From: a virus
Lineage: Duplodnaviria > Caudoviricetes
Virus record (IMG/VR): IMGVR_UViG_3300032373_000041
Span: 1 to 40,338 of that record
Length of the DNA: 40,338 nt
Direction: 5' to 3' (one strand)
The notes under the pieces were generated by a model. That model was given only the letters and a program-made list of their open reading frames with translations, did no database searches and was not told the origin of the DNA. The position numbers and the translations under genes were made by a program. Positions 33,623 to 40,338 of the stretch are shown here, piece by piece (position 1 is the stretch's first letter; every line of letters begins with the position of its first letter).

Positions 33623-34496
33623 CACCCGCCCCCAACCTACACTGTCCAGCGCATTAGCTGATGAACTTCACGCCCTAATCGTTGATTTTTCGGAAGCAAT
33701 GGATGGGCCGGAGGATTTTGTGCCTGAAAGCAGCGCCGAAGAATTGGCCCATCTAGTTTTGAAGCACGGCGGTGTCATCTACTCAGCACTACGCAGCCAA
33801 CCTACACAGAGCGCATTAACTGATGAGTTGGAGCAATCACCCATAAGTTGCGATGGGTTTTCGCAAGGGTGTTCTATCTCGTTCGATTTACGCGACCGCA
33901 TCCTCTCGGCACTACGCAGCCAAACACCGCAACCATCCCCAAGCGCGGACTTGGTTGACCTCGAAGGCCATGTTGCAGACGCCGTTCGCGATGCCATTTT
34001 GAAAACCAAAGGGCAAGTCATTAGCTTCGACGATAGCTCAAGCATCGCAAATCTGATCGTAGCGCAGGTTTCAACCCTCACCACCACACAACCAAGCGCG
34101 GACGTGGTTGAGGCTAAACTGGGTTGTGATTATTGCAATAACGACGGACCTTTAACACGGCACGAGGGTCATACCCCTCGCTGTCCGCGCTGCGATGCAG
34201 AATACCCAGAGAAAAACACTCTATCCCATGATGTAGAGCCAGTTGCGTGGATGTGTGAGGTTCGCCTTCCAGTCTACAATCGCGTCGGTGCATGGCGAAC
34301 CGTTGTTTCGACAACCGACCCTTCTTCGAGGAAGGTGCGCGGCTACGCTGTCCGCAACGTCCAACCACTTTACATCCACCCACCAGACATAGCCGAAAAG
34401 GCGGCGCGCCTAGTCAAGCAAATGATTTCGCCGGGAACGGTAAATCGCTCGGCTTGCATGAAAGCCATCCGTGAACTCGCAGAAGGGGAAGGGTGA
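33612..34496 (+). CDS. Mosaic (composite) accessory protein
   Basis: Internal linker repeats, CxxC...CxxC, EPVAW...QPLYIHP motif as in Ea22/Eaa-type mosaic genes. Confidence 0.7.
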   Translation: MTDNTRPQPTLSSALADELHALIVDFSEAMDGPEDFVPESSAEELAHLVLKHGGVIYSALRSQPTQSALTDELEQSPISCDGFSQGCSISFDLRDRILSALRSQTPQPSPSADLVDLEGHVADAVRDAILKTKGQVISFDDSSSIANLIVAQVSTLTTTQPSADVVEAKLGCDYCNNDGPLTRHEGHTPRCPRCDAEYPEKNTLSHDVEPVAWMCEVRLPVYNRVGAWRTVVSTTDPSSRKVRGYAVRNVQPLYIHPPDIAEKAARLVKQMISPGTVNRSACMKAIRELAEGEG

Positions 34497-34699
34497 TGGC
34501 TGTCCGCAAACTCAAACCCAAACAGCGCGGGCCTTTTTGTGCATATTGCCCACCGAGAACGGTCCGAGCTTCCCATCGCGGGTACGGCCATAAGGTTTCC
34601 TGCGTCGAGCATCTTCCAGAGCTGCGAAAGCATGATCGCAAAGAAGCGCTTACTGACTATTATAGCCAACAGTCGGGGAGCCAACCCCATGACAGATAA
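34496..34699 (+). CDS. Small zinc-finger-like protein
   Basis: FCAYC...SCVEH; TGATG coupling. Confidence 0.6.
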   Translation: MAVRKLKPKQRGPFCAYCPPRTVRASHRGYGHKVSCVEHLPELRKHDRKEALTDYYSQQSGSQPHDR

Positions 34700-35213
34700 A
34701 GTAACCCAAACTGATTGGGAATTGATTGAACGCTTACGACAAGCCGCCCGCAACCAGAGCAAAATCGCGCAGTCGATGGCGGAGGCCAAGTCGCTTAGGC
34801 AAGCGGACAACACAGAAGTCCGCAAGGATTTATATTCATGGCCCAAGCCCGAAGAAGCTATCGAGTGGCAAGCGGCTGACCGCATAGCATCCACCGCAAA
34901 ACTTGAAGCGCGCCTGATCGACGAATTTTTGCCTGCCATTTTGCACGGCGATAATGAACACAGGCAATGGCTCAAAGAGGCATTTCAAGCGTTTGTCAGC
35001 TGCTCTGATATTCCATCGCCAAGAGGGTCTGGTCGTTCAACCAAGCTTGAAGCGGAAAGGGATGGGTTGCGGGAGTTGCTGCGTGACGCGCGACCACACA
35101 TCGAAGCGGATCGTCTGATCGAAGAGGCAAAGGGATTGCGCGGTGAAATTTTCTTCCGCCCAATTCGACAACTCTGCAAGCGCATCGACACCCTTCTAGG
35201 AGAACCGAAATGA
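34689..35213 (+). CDS. Mosaic accessory protein (MTDKVTQ...)
   Basis: GGGGAG RBS; LIERLR...AADRI...LEAERDGLRELL. Confidence 0.7.
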   Translation: MTDKVTQTDWELIERLRQAARNQSKIAQSMAEAKSLRQADNTEVRKDLYSWPKPEEAIEWQAADRIASTAKLEARLIDEFLPAILHGDNEHRQWLKEAFQAFVSCSDIPSPRGSGRSTKLEAERDGLRELLRDARPHIEADRLIEEAKGLRGEIFFRPIRQLCKRIDTLLGEPK

Positions 35214-35503
35214 GCAGAGAAAGCAAAATGGTGACAATCGCCACAGATGAAAACGGCGAGCCAAGCGTCTGGTGCGATCCTGAGATTGAGGACTTAGTTA
35301 CTGCTTTGCAGACAATCGGCACAATTACTTCCTGTAGTGGGCATGGAAATAGGCCGGGGCGAATATCTCTAGCAGATGGTCGCGAGCTGTTCATCGTCAA
35401 CAATTATGAACAGGCGTTTGCGATAGATGCTGCGATTAAGATGCCGGATATAAATGGCGAGCCTTCCCTATCAGCAGCAGCTATTCAAGCACAGGAGGGG
35501 TAA
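35210..35503 (+). CDS. Hypothetical protein
   Basis: AGGAG RBS; DPEIEDLVTAL...TITSCSGH. Confidence 0.7.
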   Translation: MSRESKMVTIATDENGEPSVWCDPEIEDLVTALQTIGTITSCSGHGNRPGRISLADGRELFIVNNYEQAFAIDAAIKMPDINGEPSLSAAAIQAQEG

Positions 35504-35734
35504 GTGACTGCGCGCTGGCCTCGATTGATGAAACGGAAAACAGCAGCCGAATACTGCGACCTGTCCGAATCTGCCTTTGTGGGCGAAATCTTGGCTGGAC
35601 GCATCCCATGTGCCATTTCGTTTGGCAAACGCGACCATTGGGACCGTATGGCGTTAGACAGGGCTATCAACCGCCTTGCGGGCAATGACGATGTGCCAGA
35701 CTACCGAAAGGAGCTACGTGAACGCTATGGTTAA
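35504..35734 (+). CDS. xis: Excisionase-like (AlpA-type) protein
   Basis: PRLMKRKTAAEYCDLS...GRIP...WDRMALD directly upstream of integrase. Confidence 0.75.
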   Translation: MTARWPRLMKRKTAAEYCDLSESAFVGEILAGRIPCAISFGKRDHWDRMALDRAINRLAGNDDVPDYRKELRERYG

Positions 35735-36794
35735 GCTCCCAAAGCTCGAGCATGTGAAATACGTCCGCTCAAAGGGCAAGCTCTACGCATATTTCAATAC
35801 AGGCCAAAAGAATGCTCGAGGCCGAATTATCCGCGTTCCGCTGCCAGCCCCGTCAAGCGTAGGTTTTTTTGACAGTTATGCGGCAATGAAGGGCGCTCGA
35901 GTGAAGCGGCAGGCCGTCTCATATCGCATCAAAGACCTAGCTGACGAATACGAAACGAGCACAACGTTCTCGAGCAAGTCGGAAGGCACGCAGAAATATT
36001 ATCGGGTCACACTAAGACGCATCCGCGAAAATCTCGGCAAGTTCCCTGTAAACGATCTTGCGCTCGAGGACATTCAGATGGTGCTCGACAAGGCAATGAG
36101 CGGCCCAGGCGCTTACAATGCGTTCATTGCGGTTTTGGGCGTAATCTACACTTGGGCACGTCAGCGGAGCAAAACCACGCTCGAGCCTGTAAAGAACATC
36201 CCCAAAATGGATACCGGTTCGCATTCGGCTTGGCCTGAACACGTTCTCGAGGCGGGGTTATCCTGTGCGCACGATCGCACTCGCCTAGCCATTCACCTAA
36301 TGTATTTCACCGGACAGCGAATAGGCGACGTTATGACAATGCGCTGGTCTGACATTCGCAATGACGCTGTATTTGTAACGCAACAGAAAACGGGCAAAAA
36401 ACTCCAGATCCATTTGCACCGAGAGCTAGCAGCAGAACTCGAGCGGACGCCCAAGCGCGGCCTGACTATCATTACAAACCACAAAGGCGACCGAATGACG
36501 CCGCAGCGCGTTCGCGCCGAGATTAAAACGTTCTGCTCGAGCATGGGGCAAACGCTTGTTCCGCATGGATTGCGGAAAAACGCGGTAATCAGCCTACTCG
36601 AGGCGCAATGCACAATTGCAGAGGTGGCGGCGATCACAGGCCAAACCTTCAAAATTGTCGAGCAATACGCCGCCCAGGTCGATCAATCCAAGCTAGGCAA
36701 TGCCGCAATTGTGAAGTTCGAGAACAAACGAAGGACAGGCAAACGGTTTGGAAAACCCCTTGTCAAACCCGCAGAAAACCGTAGTATAAAATAA
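35727..36794 (+). CDS. int: Tyrosine integrase
   Basis: TGQRIGD (R), QQKT (K), HGLRKN (HxxR), TGQT...Y; AAGGAG RBS before ATG at 35727. Confidence 0.93.
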   Translation: MVKLPKLEHVKYVRSKGKLYAYFNTGQKNARGRIIRVPLPAPSSVGFFDSYAAMKGARVKRQAVSYRIKDLADEYETSTTFSSKSEGTQKYYRVTLRRIRENLGKFPVNDLALEDIQMVLDKAMSGPGAYNAFIAVLGVIYTWARQRSKTTLEPVKNIPKMDTGSHSAWPEHVLEAGLSCAHDRTRLAIHLMYFTGQRIGDVMTMRWSDIRNDAVFVTQQKTGKKLQIHLHRELAAELERTPKRGLTIITNHKGDRMTPQRVRAEIKTFCSSMGQTLVPHGLRKNAVISLLEAQCTIAEVAAITGQTFKIVEQYAAQVDQSKLGNAAIVKFENKRRTGKRFGKPLVKPAENRSIK

Positions 36795-36900
36795 AATGTC
36801 GGTAAACCTAACACCACGCTTTTCTGCCGTTCCTCGGCAATATGTCGGGAAAACTGACACCTTTAAGGTCAATGATTTATGAATACCGAGGAAAACCCCT
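36738..36900. other. Probable attP region (arm-type repeats)
   Basis: GGAAAACCCCT at 36750 and 36890; 17/20 repeat ATGTCGG.AAA.CT.ACACC at 36796 and 36842; AT-rich, at the int 3' end. Confidence 0.55.
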
Positions 36901-36922
36901 CTCACCCTATAGATGGAGAATT

Positions 36923-37117
36923 ATGATGCTCGACTATGACCAATTGGCTGACAGTCACGCGAGTCTGCGTCGAAACTTGGTTTGGTGCAAATCCTGCGGG
37001 CGCAAGCAGGCGAACAACGCGGCAAGCTCATTGCGGTATGGTTGGCCTAAATGCTGCGGCTACACAATGACGATTGATAGCCCCGAAGAACGCGCCCTCA
37101 CAGATAAAGGAGAATAG
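36923..37117 (+). CDS. Small zinc-ribbon protein
   Basis: GGAG RBS; WCKSCG...WPKCCG. Confidence 0.7.
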   Translation: MMLDYDQLADSHASLRRNLVWCKSCGRKQANNAASSLRYGWPKCCGYTMTIDSPEERALTDKGE

Positions 37118-37119
37118 GA

Positions 37120-37371
37120 ATGGAACAGCTAGAAGTCTGGCAGGTTGTTGCGCTTTACGCGGTGATTGCTGCCTTAGTCACATGGCTGCTTGCGCTGTTC
37201 AATGTCGGGCCGGAAGCGGCTGACCGCGTGCTTATGGGCGCGATTTGGCCAATCCCCTTGGCTTTCTTTGTGGCTTTGTCACCCCTGGTAGTCGGAATGT
37301 ATATCAGCGAGTTCGGCACAAAGATTCACAACCACCTCTATCCACCTAAGGACACTACCCATGACAGATAA
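37120..37371 (+). CDS. Membrane protein
   Basis: AAGGAG RBS; two hydrophobic helices, AIWPI. Confidence 0.7.
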   Translation: MEQLEVWQVVALYAVIAALVTWLLALFNVGPEAADRVLMGAIWPIPLAFFVALSPLVVGMYISEFGTKIHNHLYPPKDTTHDR

Positions 37372-37537
37372 AGCTGAACGATATGAGCCACCCTTGATGA
37401 CAGTGGCTTCTGTTCGAAAAATGGTTATCGAGACGTTATCCGAAACTGTCGCCAAGAATGATACCGTCGAAACGCGCGCGGCTGCTTGGGATATTCTGCA
37501 AGCGTTTGGGAGCAAACTTCCACAGGATCTAACATGA
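37361..37537 (+). CDS. 58-aa hypothetical protein (MTDKAER...), not in ORF track
   Basis: AAGGA RBS; ATGA coupling to the next gene. Confidence 0.6.
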   Translation: MTDKAERYEPPLMTVASVRKMVIETLSETVAKNDTVETRAAAWDILQAFGSKLPQDLT

Positions 37538-37788
37538 CAGATAAAGTGAAGGAATTAGCCGAGGGGTTGAGTGAGGCGCAGCGGGGAGTTTTGCTTAATG
37601 CTTGGGAATATCCCGATTACCACCGGACGGGGCCGCAGTTCTCGCTTTGTGCGGTCACTGTGAATCCACAGAACGATGCCGCCATGAACCGAAAGGGGTT
37701 GGTGGCATCCAAGGCACATGGGGGGCCACGAATTACCAATCTTGGCCTAGCAGTCCGCCAGTATTTGAAGGATAATCAAGATGGATGA
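37534..37788 (+). CDS. Winged-helix-like hypothetical protein (MTDKVKE...)
   Basis: LSEAQR...KGLV...ITNLGLAVR. Confidence 0.65.
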   Translation: MTDKVKELAEGLSEAQRGVLLNAWEYPDYHRTGPQFSLCAVTVNPQNDAAMNRKGLVASKAHGGPRITNLGLAVRQYLKDNQDG

Positions 37789-38152
37789 TCTGGTTGAGAA
37801 GGTGGCGGAAAGGATTAGCAACACAGGCATCAATGGCGGCGATCCGCTGCTTGAGTTTATTGTGGCTTCATTCGCTGAATTGGGAGTCGGAATGTATGAA
37901 GGCATTGAGAACGACGCTGCCAAAGACATTGAAGCACTCGCCAAAGCAGCCCTATCCGCTATTCAAGACACGCATGCTATTGTGCCGTTAGAACCAACTG
38001 AGGCGATGGTGATTGGCGCGGTCGTTTCATTGAAGGGGAATCTCCACAACCCCATGCAAAACCTTGGAGACATAAAGGCAATCTACAAAGCCATGATAGA
38101 AGCGAGTCCGCACTTTCCTACAAGCAATCCATCCACTAGCCCGACTAAATGA
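37781..38152 (+). CDS. Mosaic accessory protein
   Basis: DDLVEKVAERI...AKAAL...VPLEPTEAM...IYKAMIEASP. Confidence 0.7.
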   Translation: MDDLVEKVAERISNTGINGGDPLLEFIVASFAELGVGMYEGIENDAAKDIEALAKAALSAIQDTHAIVPLEPTEAMVIGAVVSLKGNLHNPMQNLGDIKAIYKAMIEASPHFPTSNPSTSPTK

Positions 38153-38280
38153 GGACAGTGAATCAGCGCGAGCGCGTCAGTCGAAGGGGCTGGCGATCAA
38201 AGAACAAACAGCTAATCGCATTGGCGCATTTGGATGAATGGCGTTCAATGAAGTTTGAGAAGCGGCGTCGGTTAGTGTGA
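38149..38280 (+). CDS. 43-aa basic peptide, not in ORF track
   Basis: ATGA coupling only. Confidence 0.35.
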   Translation: MRTVNQRERVSRRGWRSKNKQLIALAHLDEWRSMKFEKRRRLV

Positions 38281-38441
38281 CGGGCGGCGGCTATACCATC
38301 AATTAGGCATCAACTGCGATCTGGTGGGTATCGCAAGGGCTTGAGAATGCACCGCCCGAAACTGTTTGACGCGGGGTAGCAAAGGCTAGCACCGTCGAGA
38401 TTGCACCACCGCCGCGTCATATCAGGGGTTGATATGCAAGG

Positions 38442-38705
38442 CTATTCGGAAGGTGGGCAAAGCTCGTCGAACACTTCGTTATGCGCCAGAATCTCTGCAA
38501 CCGTCTGATCCGTGTCGAACACATTGTCGGGATCGGTTTGGTTATTCCGTGACGGGTGTGGCTCCGCACTGATCCGCTGGCTGTTCGGGCAAAAATCTCC
38601 GACAGTTTGAACTCGTTCTGGCTGTCCGCAAGCACTGGTTGTAAACAGCGCAGCTCCGGCCATCATTGCGGTCAATGTCTTGTTCAATCGTTCGCCTAGC
38701 CTCAT
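38442..38705 (-). CDS. o-spanin (Rz1-like lipoprotein)
   Basis: GGAG RBS, hydrophobic AMMAGAALFTTSA-C lipobox, overlaps i-spanin, extra Cys residues. Confidence 0.7.
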   Translation of the reverse strand: MRLGERLNKTLTAMMAGAALFTTSACGQPERVQTVGDFCPNSQRISAEPHPSRNNQTDPDNVFDTDQTVAEILAHNEVFDELCPPSE

Positions 38706-38901
38706 TGCCTTGCTCCGTTCGTTTGATTGTTTCGCGCAAGTCGCTCTCACGCTGGATTGTAGCGCCAATCTCTTGGTTCGCCTTATCATCGGCTTCCTCG
38801 CGCGCTTGAAGCCACAGAAAGCCCGCTGTGAGCGCCGCGGCGGCAATTCCTAGCCACATCCAACGCGACAAGCCGAGAAAGCTACCCAATAGCCAAGTCA
38901 T
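38542..38901 (-). CDS. i-spanin (Rz-like)
   Basis: N-terminal TM, coiled-coil periplasmic region, Cys residues; downstream of endolysin. Confidence 0.7.
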   Translation of the reverse strand: MTWLLGSFLGLSRWMWLGIAAAALTAGFLWLQAREEADDKANQEIGATIQRESDLRETIKRTEQGNEARRTIEQDIDRNDGRSCAVYNQCLRTARTSSNCRRFLPEQPADQCGATPVTE

Positions 38902-39443
38902 GCCCAATTCTTCCTAAGCAGCCCGGCAAGAACGCGAGCAATGCCAAAGCGGGCTTCGATCATGCGCTTAACCTCATCGACTGTGTTGTTTTTGAAGTTG
39001 CCGCGCGTGCCATTGATCAGGCGCTCAGCTTCGGCCTTTAGATAAAAGTCCTGGTCGGCAACCGTCACTTCGACAGCGCGCCCAATCAGATCCACCTGCT
39101 TATACAGAATGGTATCGAGAAACAGCCCGACAGCGAACACAGCGATGATTGAAAACGGGCTTGCAGTCGTCACGAACACAGCAAAACCAACCGCCAGCGA
39201 AACGAACCAGCGCAGCCAGAACTCGCAAACCTCTTGCGCTAGAACGGCTTCATAAACTTGCTTCGTTTGCTTAACCCGCGCGGCCCACAGCATCTTAACG
39301 CCAAAGAACGTGCTTTTCGCGCCCGATTGTTCATGCTTGATGCGCGTTTTGCCAAGGATCGGCAGAACCACACCAAACAGCGTCATGGCTGCAAACAGGG
39401 CGCAAGCGCCGTAATTGATATATGCGAGGGTTTCAGGTGTCAT
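38898..39443 (-). CDS. Multi-pass membrane protein within lysis cassette
   Basis: About three hydrophobic helices; ATGA coupling at both ends. Confidence 0.7.
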   Translation of the reverse strand: MTPETLAYINYGACALFAAMTLFGVVLPILGKTRIKHEQSGAKSTFFGVKMLWAARVKQTKQVYEAVLAQEVCEFWLRWFVSLAVGFAVFVTTASPFSIIAVFAVGLFLDTILYKQVDLIGRAVEVTVADQDFYLKAEAERLINGTRGNFKNNTVDEVKRMIEARFGIARVLAGLLRKNWA

Positions 39444-40000
39444 AACTTGCCTTCCCGTGTCAGTTGCGCCTCAACAGCATCGCCAAGGCACATTTCGTAA
39501 GCGCCTATTCGTGCTGCATCGCCTGTCCGGCGCAGTTCAAGCCCGCGAAACACGCGCCCGCCTGCGAATTTGTATTTCAGGATAGCGCGGCACGCCTCGC
39601 GGTAATTGCCCTGCCGGAACTTCGTGCTGACGCTTGAGCGCGTGTAACCCGCCTTGCCAATGTTATAGGCTAGATCCGCATGGCCTGCATGCTGGTATGG
39701 CCAGCGCTCAATACCAGGCGAGACACGGGCAACGTGATCGAGAAACTCTTTGAACGCCTTTTCGCTTAGGGCGTTGCATTCAGCCTCGGTGTAGCTTCGC
39801 ATTTCAACGCGCGTCTCGCCGTCGCAGACAGTCCACACGCCAACCACATCTTTGTAGGGATCGAGGCTGCGGCCTTCCCAAACAGGTGTAAGGCTAAACA
39901 TCAATGCCAACGCACTAGCAGCACCGGCTGCAGCACCGCCGCCAACCTTTGCGCCTGTCGAAACCTGTTTCACTTCGGCAGAGCCAGCCCTACCCCACAT
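39440..40000 (-). CDS. Endolysin, GH24 lysozyme, probable SAR type
   Basis: WEG...YKDVVGVWTVCDGET (E-x8-D-x5-T), YNIG, GLELRR; Gly/Ala-rich N-terminal anchor. Confidence 0.92.
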   Translation of the reverse strand: MWGRAGSAEVKQVSTGAKVGGGAAAGAASALALMFSLTPVWEGRSLDPYKDVVGVWTVCDGETRVEMRSYTEAECNALSEKAFKEFLDHVARVSPGIERWPYQHAGHADLAYNIGKAGYTRSSVSTKFRQGNYREACRAILKYKFAGGRVFRGLELRRTGDAARIGAYEMCLGDAVEAQLTREGKL

Positions 40001-40196
40001 CTTCATTCTCCAATTTGGGTTGTGGTATCAGGCGCGCGATAATGAACGACACAAACAGCACCGCTGAAATGACGGGATGCCAAGGCCAGGGAATGTAAAT
40101 CTCCAAGACCGTTGGCATCATATTCCACGCGACAAGCGCGCCAACCGCGTTAGTTGAATAGAAGCGCCAGATGTTGCGAATGGTTGGTTTGCTCAC
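39990..40196 (-). CDS. Holin-like two-TM protein
   Basis: GGGAG RBS and GTG start; IWRFYS...IARLIPQPKL; immediately upstream of endolysin. Confidence 0.7.
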   Translation of the reverse strand: MSKPTIRNIWRFYSTNAVGALVAWNMMPTVLEIYIPWPWHPVISAVLFVSFIIARLIPQPKLENEDVG

Positions 40197-40211
40197 AATC
40201 CGAACTCCCGC

Positions 40212-40338
40212 GCTAATTGCCTGAACGCTTCGTCGAATGCGATGGCCAGCCACTTCATGTTTTGCGCTCCAAAATGTCAGCTAGGCGGCGCAGGCGTTCA
40301 GCTTGCCGCCTTACGTTTTCCGGCCCGCGTTGCTTCAA
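40212..40338. repeat. Terminal direct repeat (copy of 1-127)
   Basis: Exact match to the window start. Confidence 0.95.

Noticed and set aside
38367-38419. tRNA-fMet-like start (CGCGGGGTAGC)
   Set aside because: Only ~53 nt between the stem arms, with no T-loop or anticodon arm; kept only as part of the structured region.
40000-40006. Met-Lys-Met dual-start motif on the endolysin
   Set aside because: The GGAG SD is 1 nt from the first ATG and 7 nt from the second, so only the second start is plausible.

Overview
The window is a complete, circularly permuted ~40.2 kb genome of a temperate, lambdoid-organised podovirus. Bases 1-127 equal 40212-40338, most likely an assembly overlap. The host is probably an alphaproteobacterium; this is an inference resting mainly on a GTTC-N7-GTTC LexA box. 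A cI/cro switch at ~27.6 kb, with 17-bp ATTCGCA-N3-TGCGAAT operators at both ends of the cI unit, splits the genome. The minus-strand arm runs: cro, cII-like, C5- and N6-methyltransferase-like genes, resolvase, replication initiator, terminases, portal, scaffold, major capsid, a glycosyltransferase, short-tail and ejection proteins, an SGNH-esterase tail fibre, a metallophosphoesterase, an HNH cassette, and then lysis genes across the contig join. The plus-strand arm holds two pentapeptide-repeat genes, an annealing protein, SSB, a Ref-like nuclease, mosaic accessory genes, xis, a tyrosine integrase and a likely attP. The most unusual signals are five. (1) Two unrelated 15-bp tandem arrays show no synonymous variation and vary only at three amino-acid-changing columns each, including a hypervariable NAC codon; no reverse transcriptase was seen. 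(2) Exact RBS/start-codon and linker repeats delimit gene cassettes and domains in the accessory arm. (3) An HNH cassette has its own SOS box, a structured leader and 8-bp flanking repeats. (4) A GT-A glycosyltransferase sits inside the head module. (5) The segment between cro and cII appears to code on both strands. All product calls come from motifs and synteny read by eye; no database searches were run.
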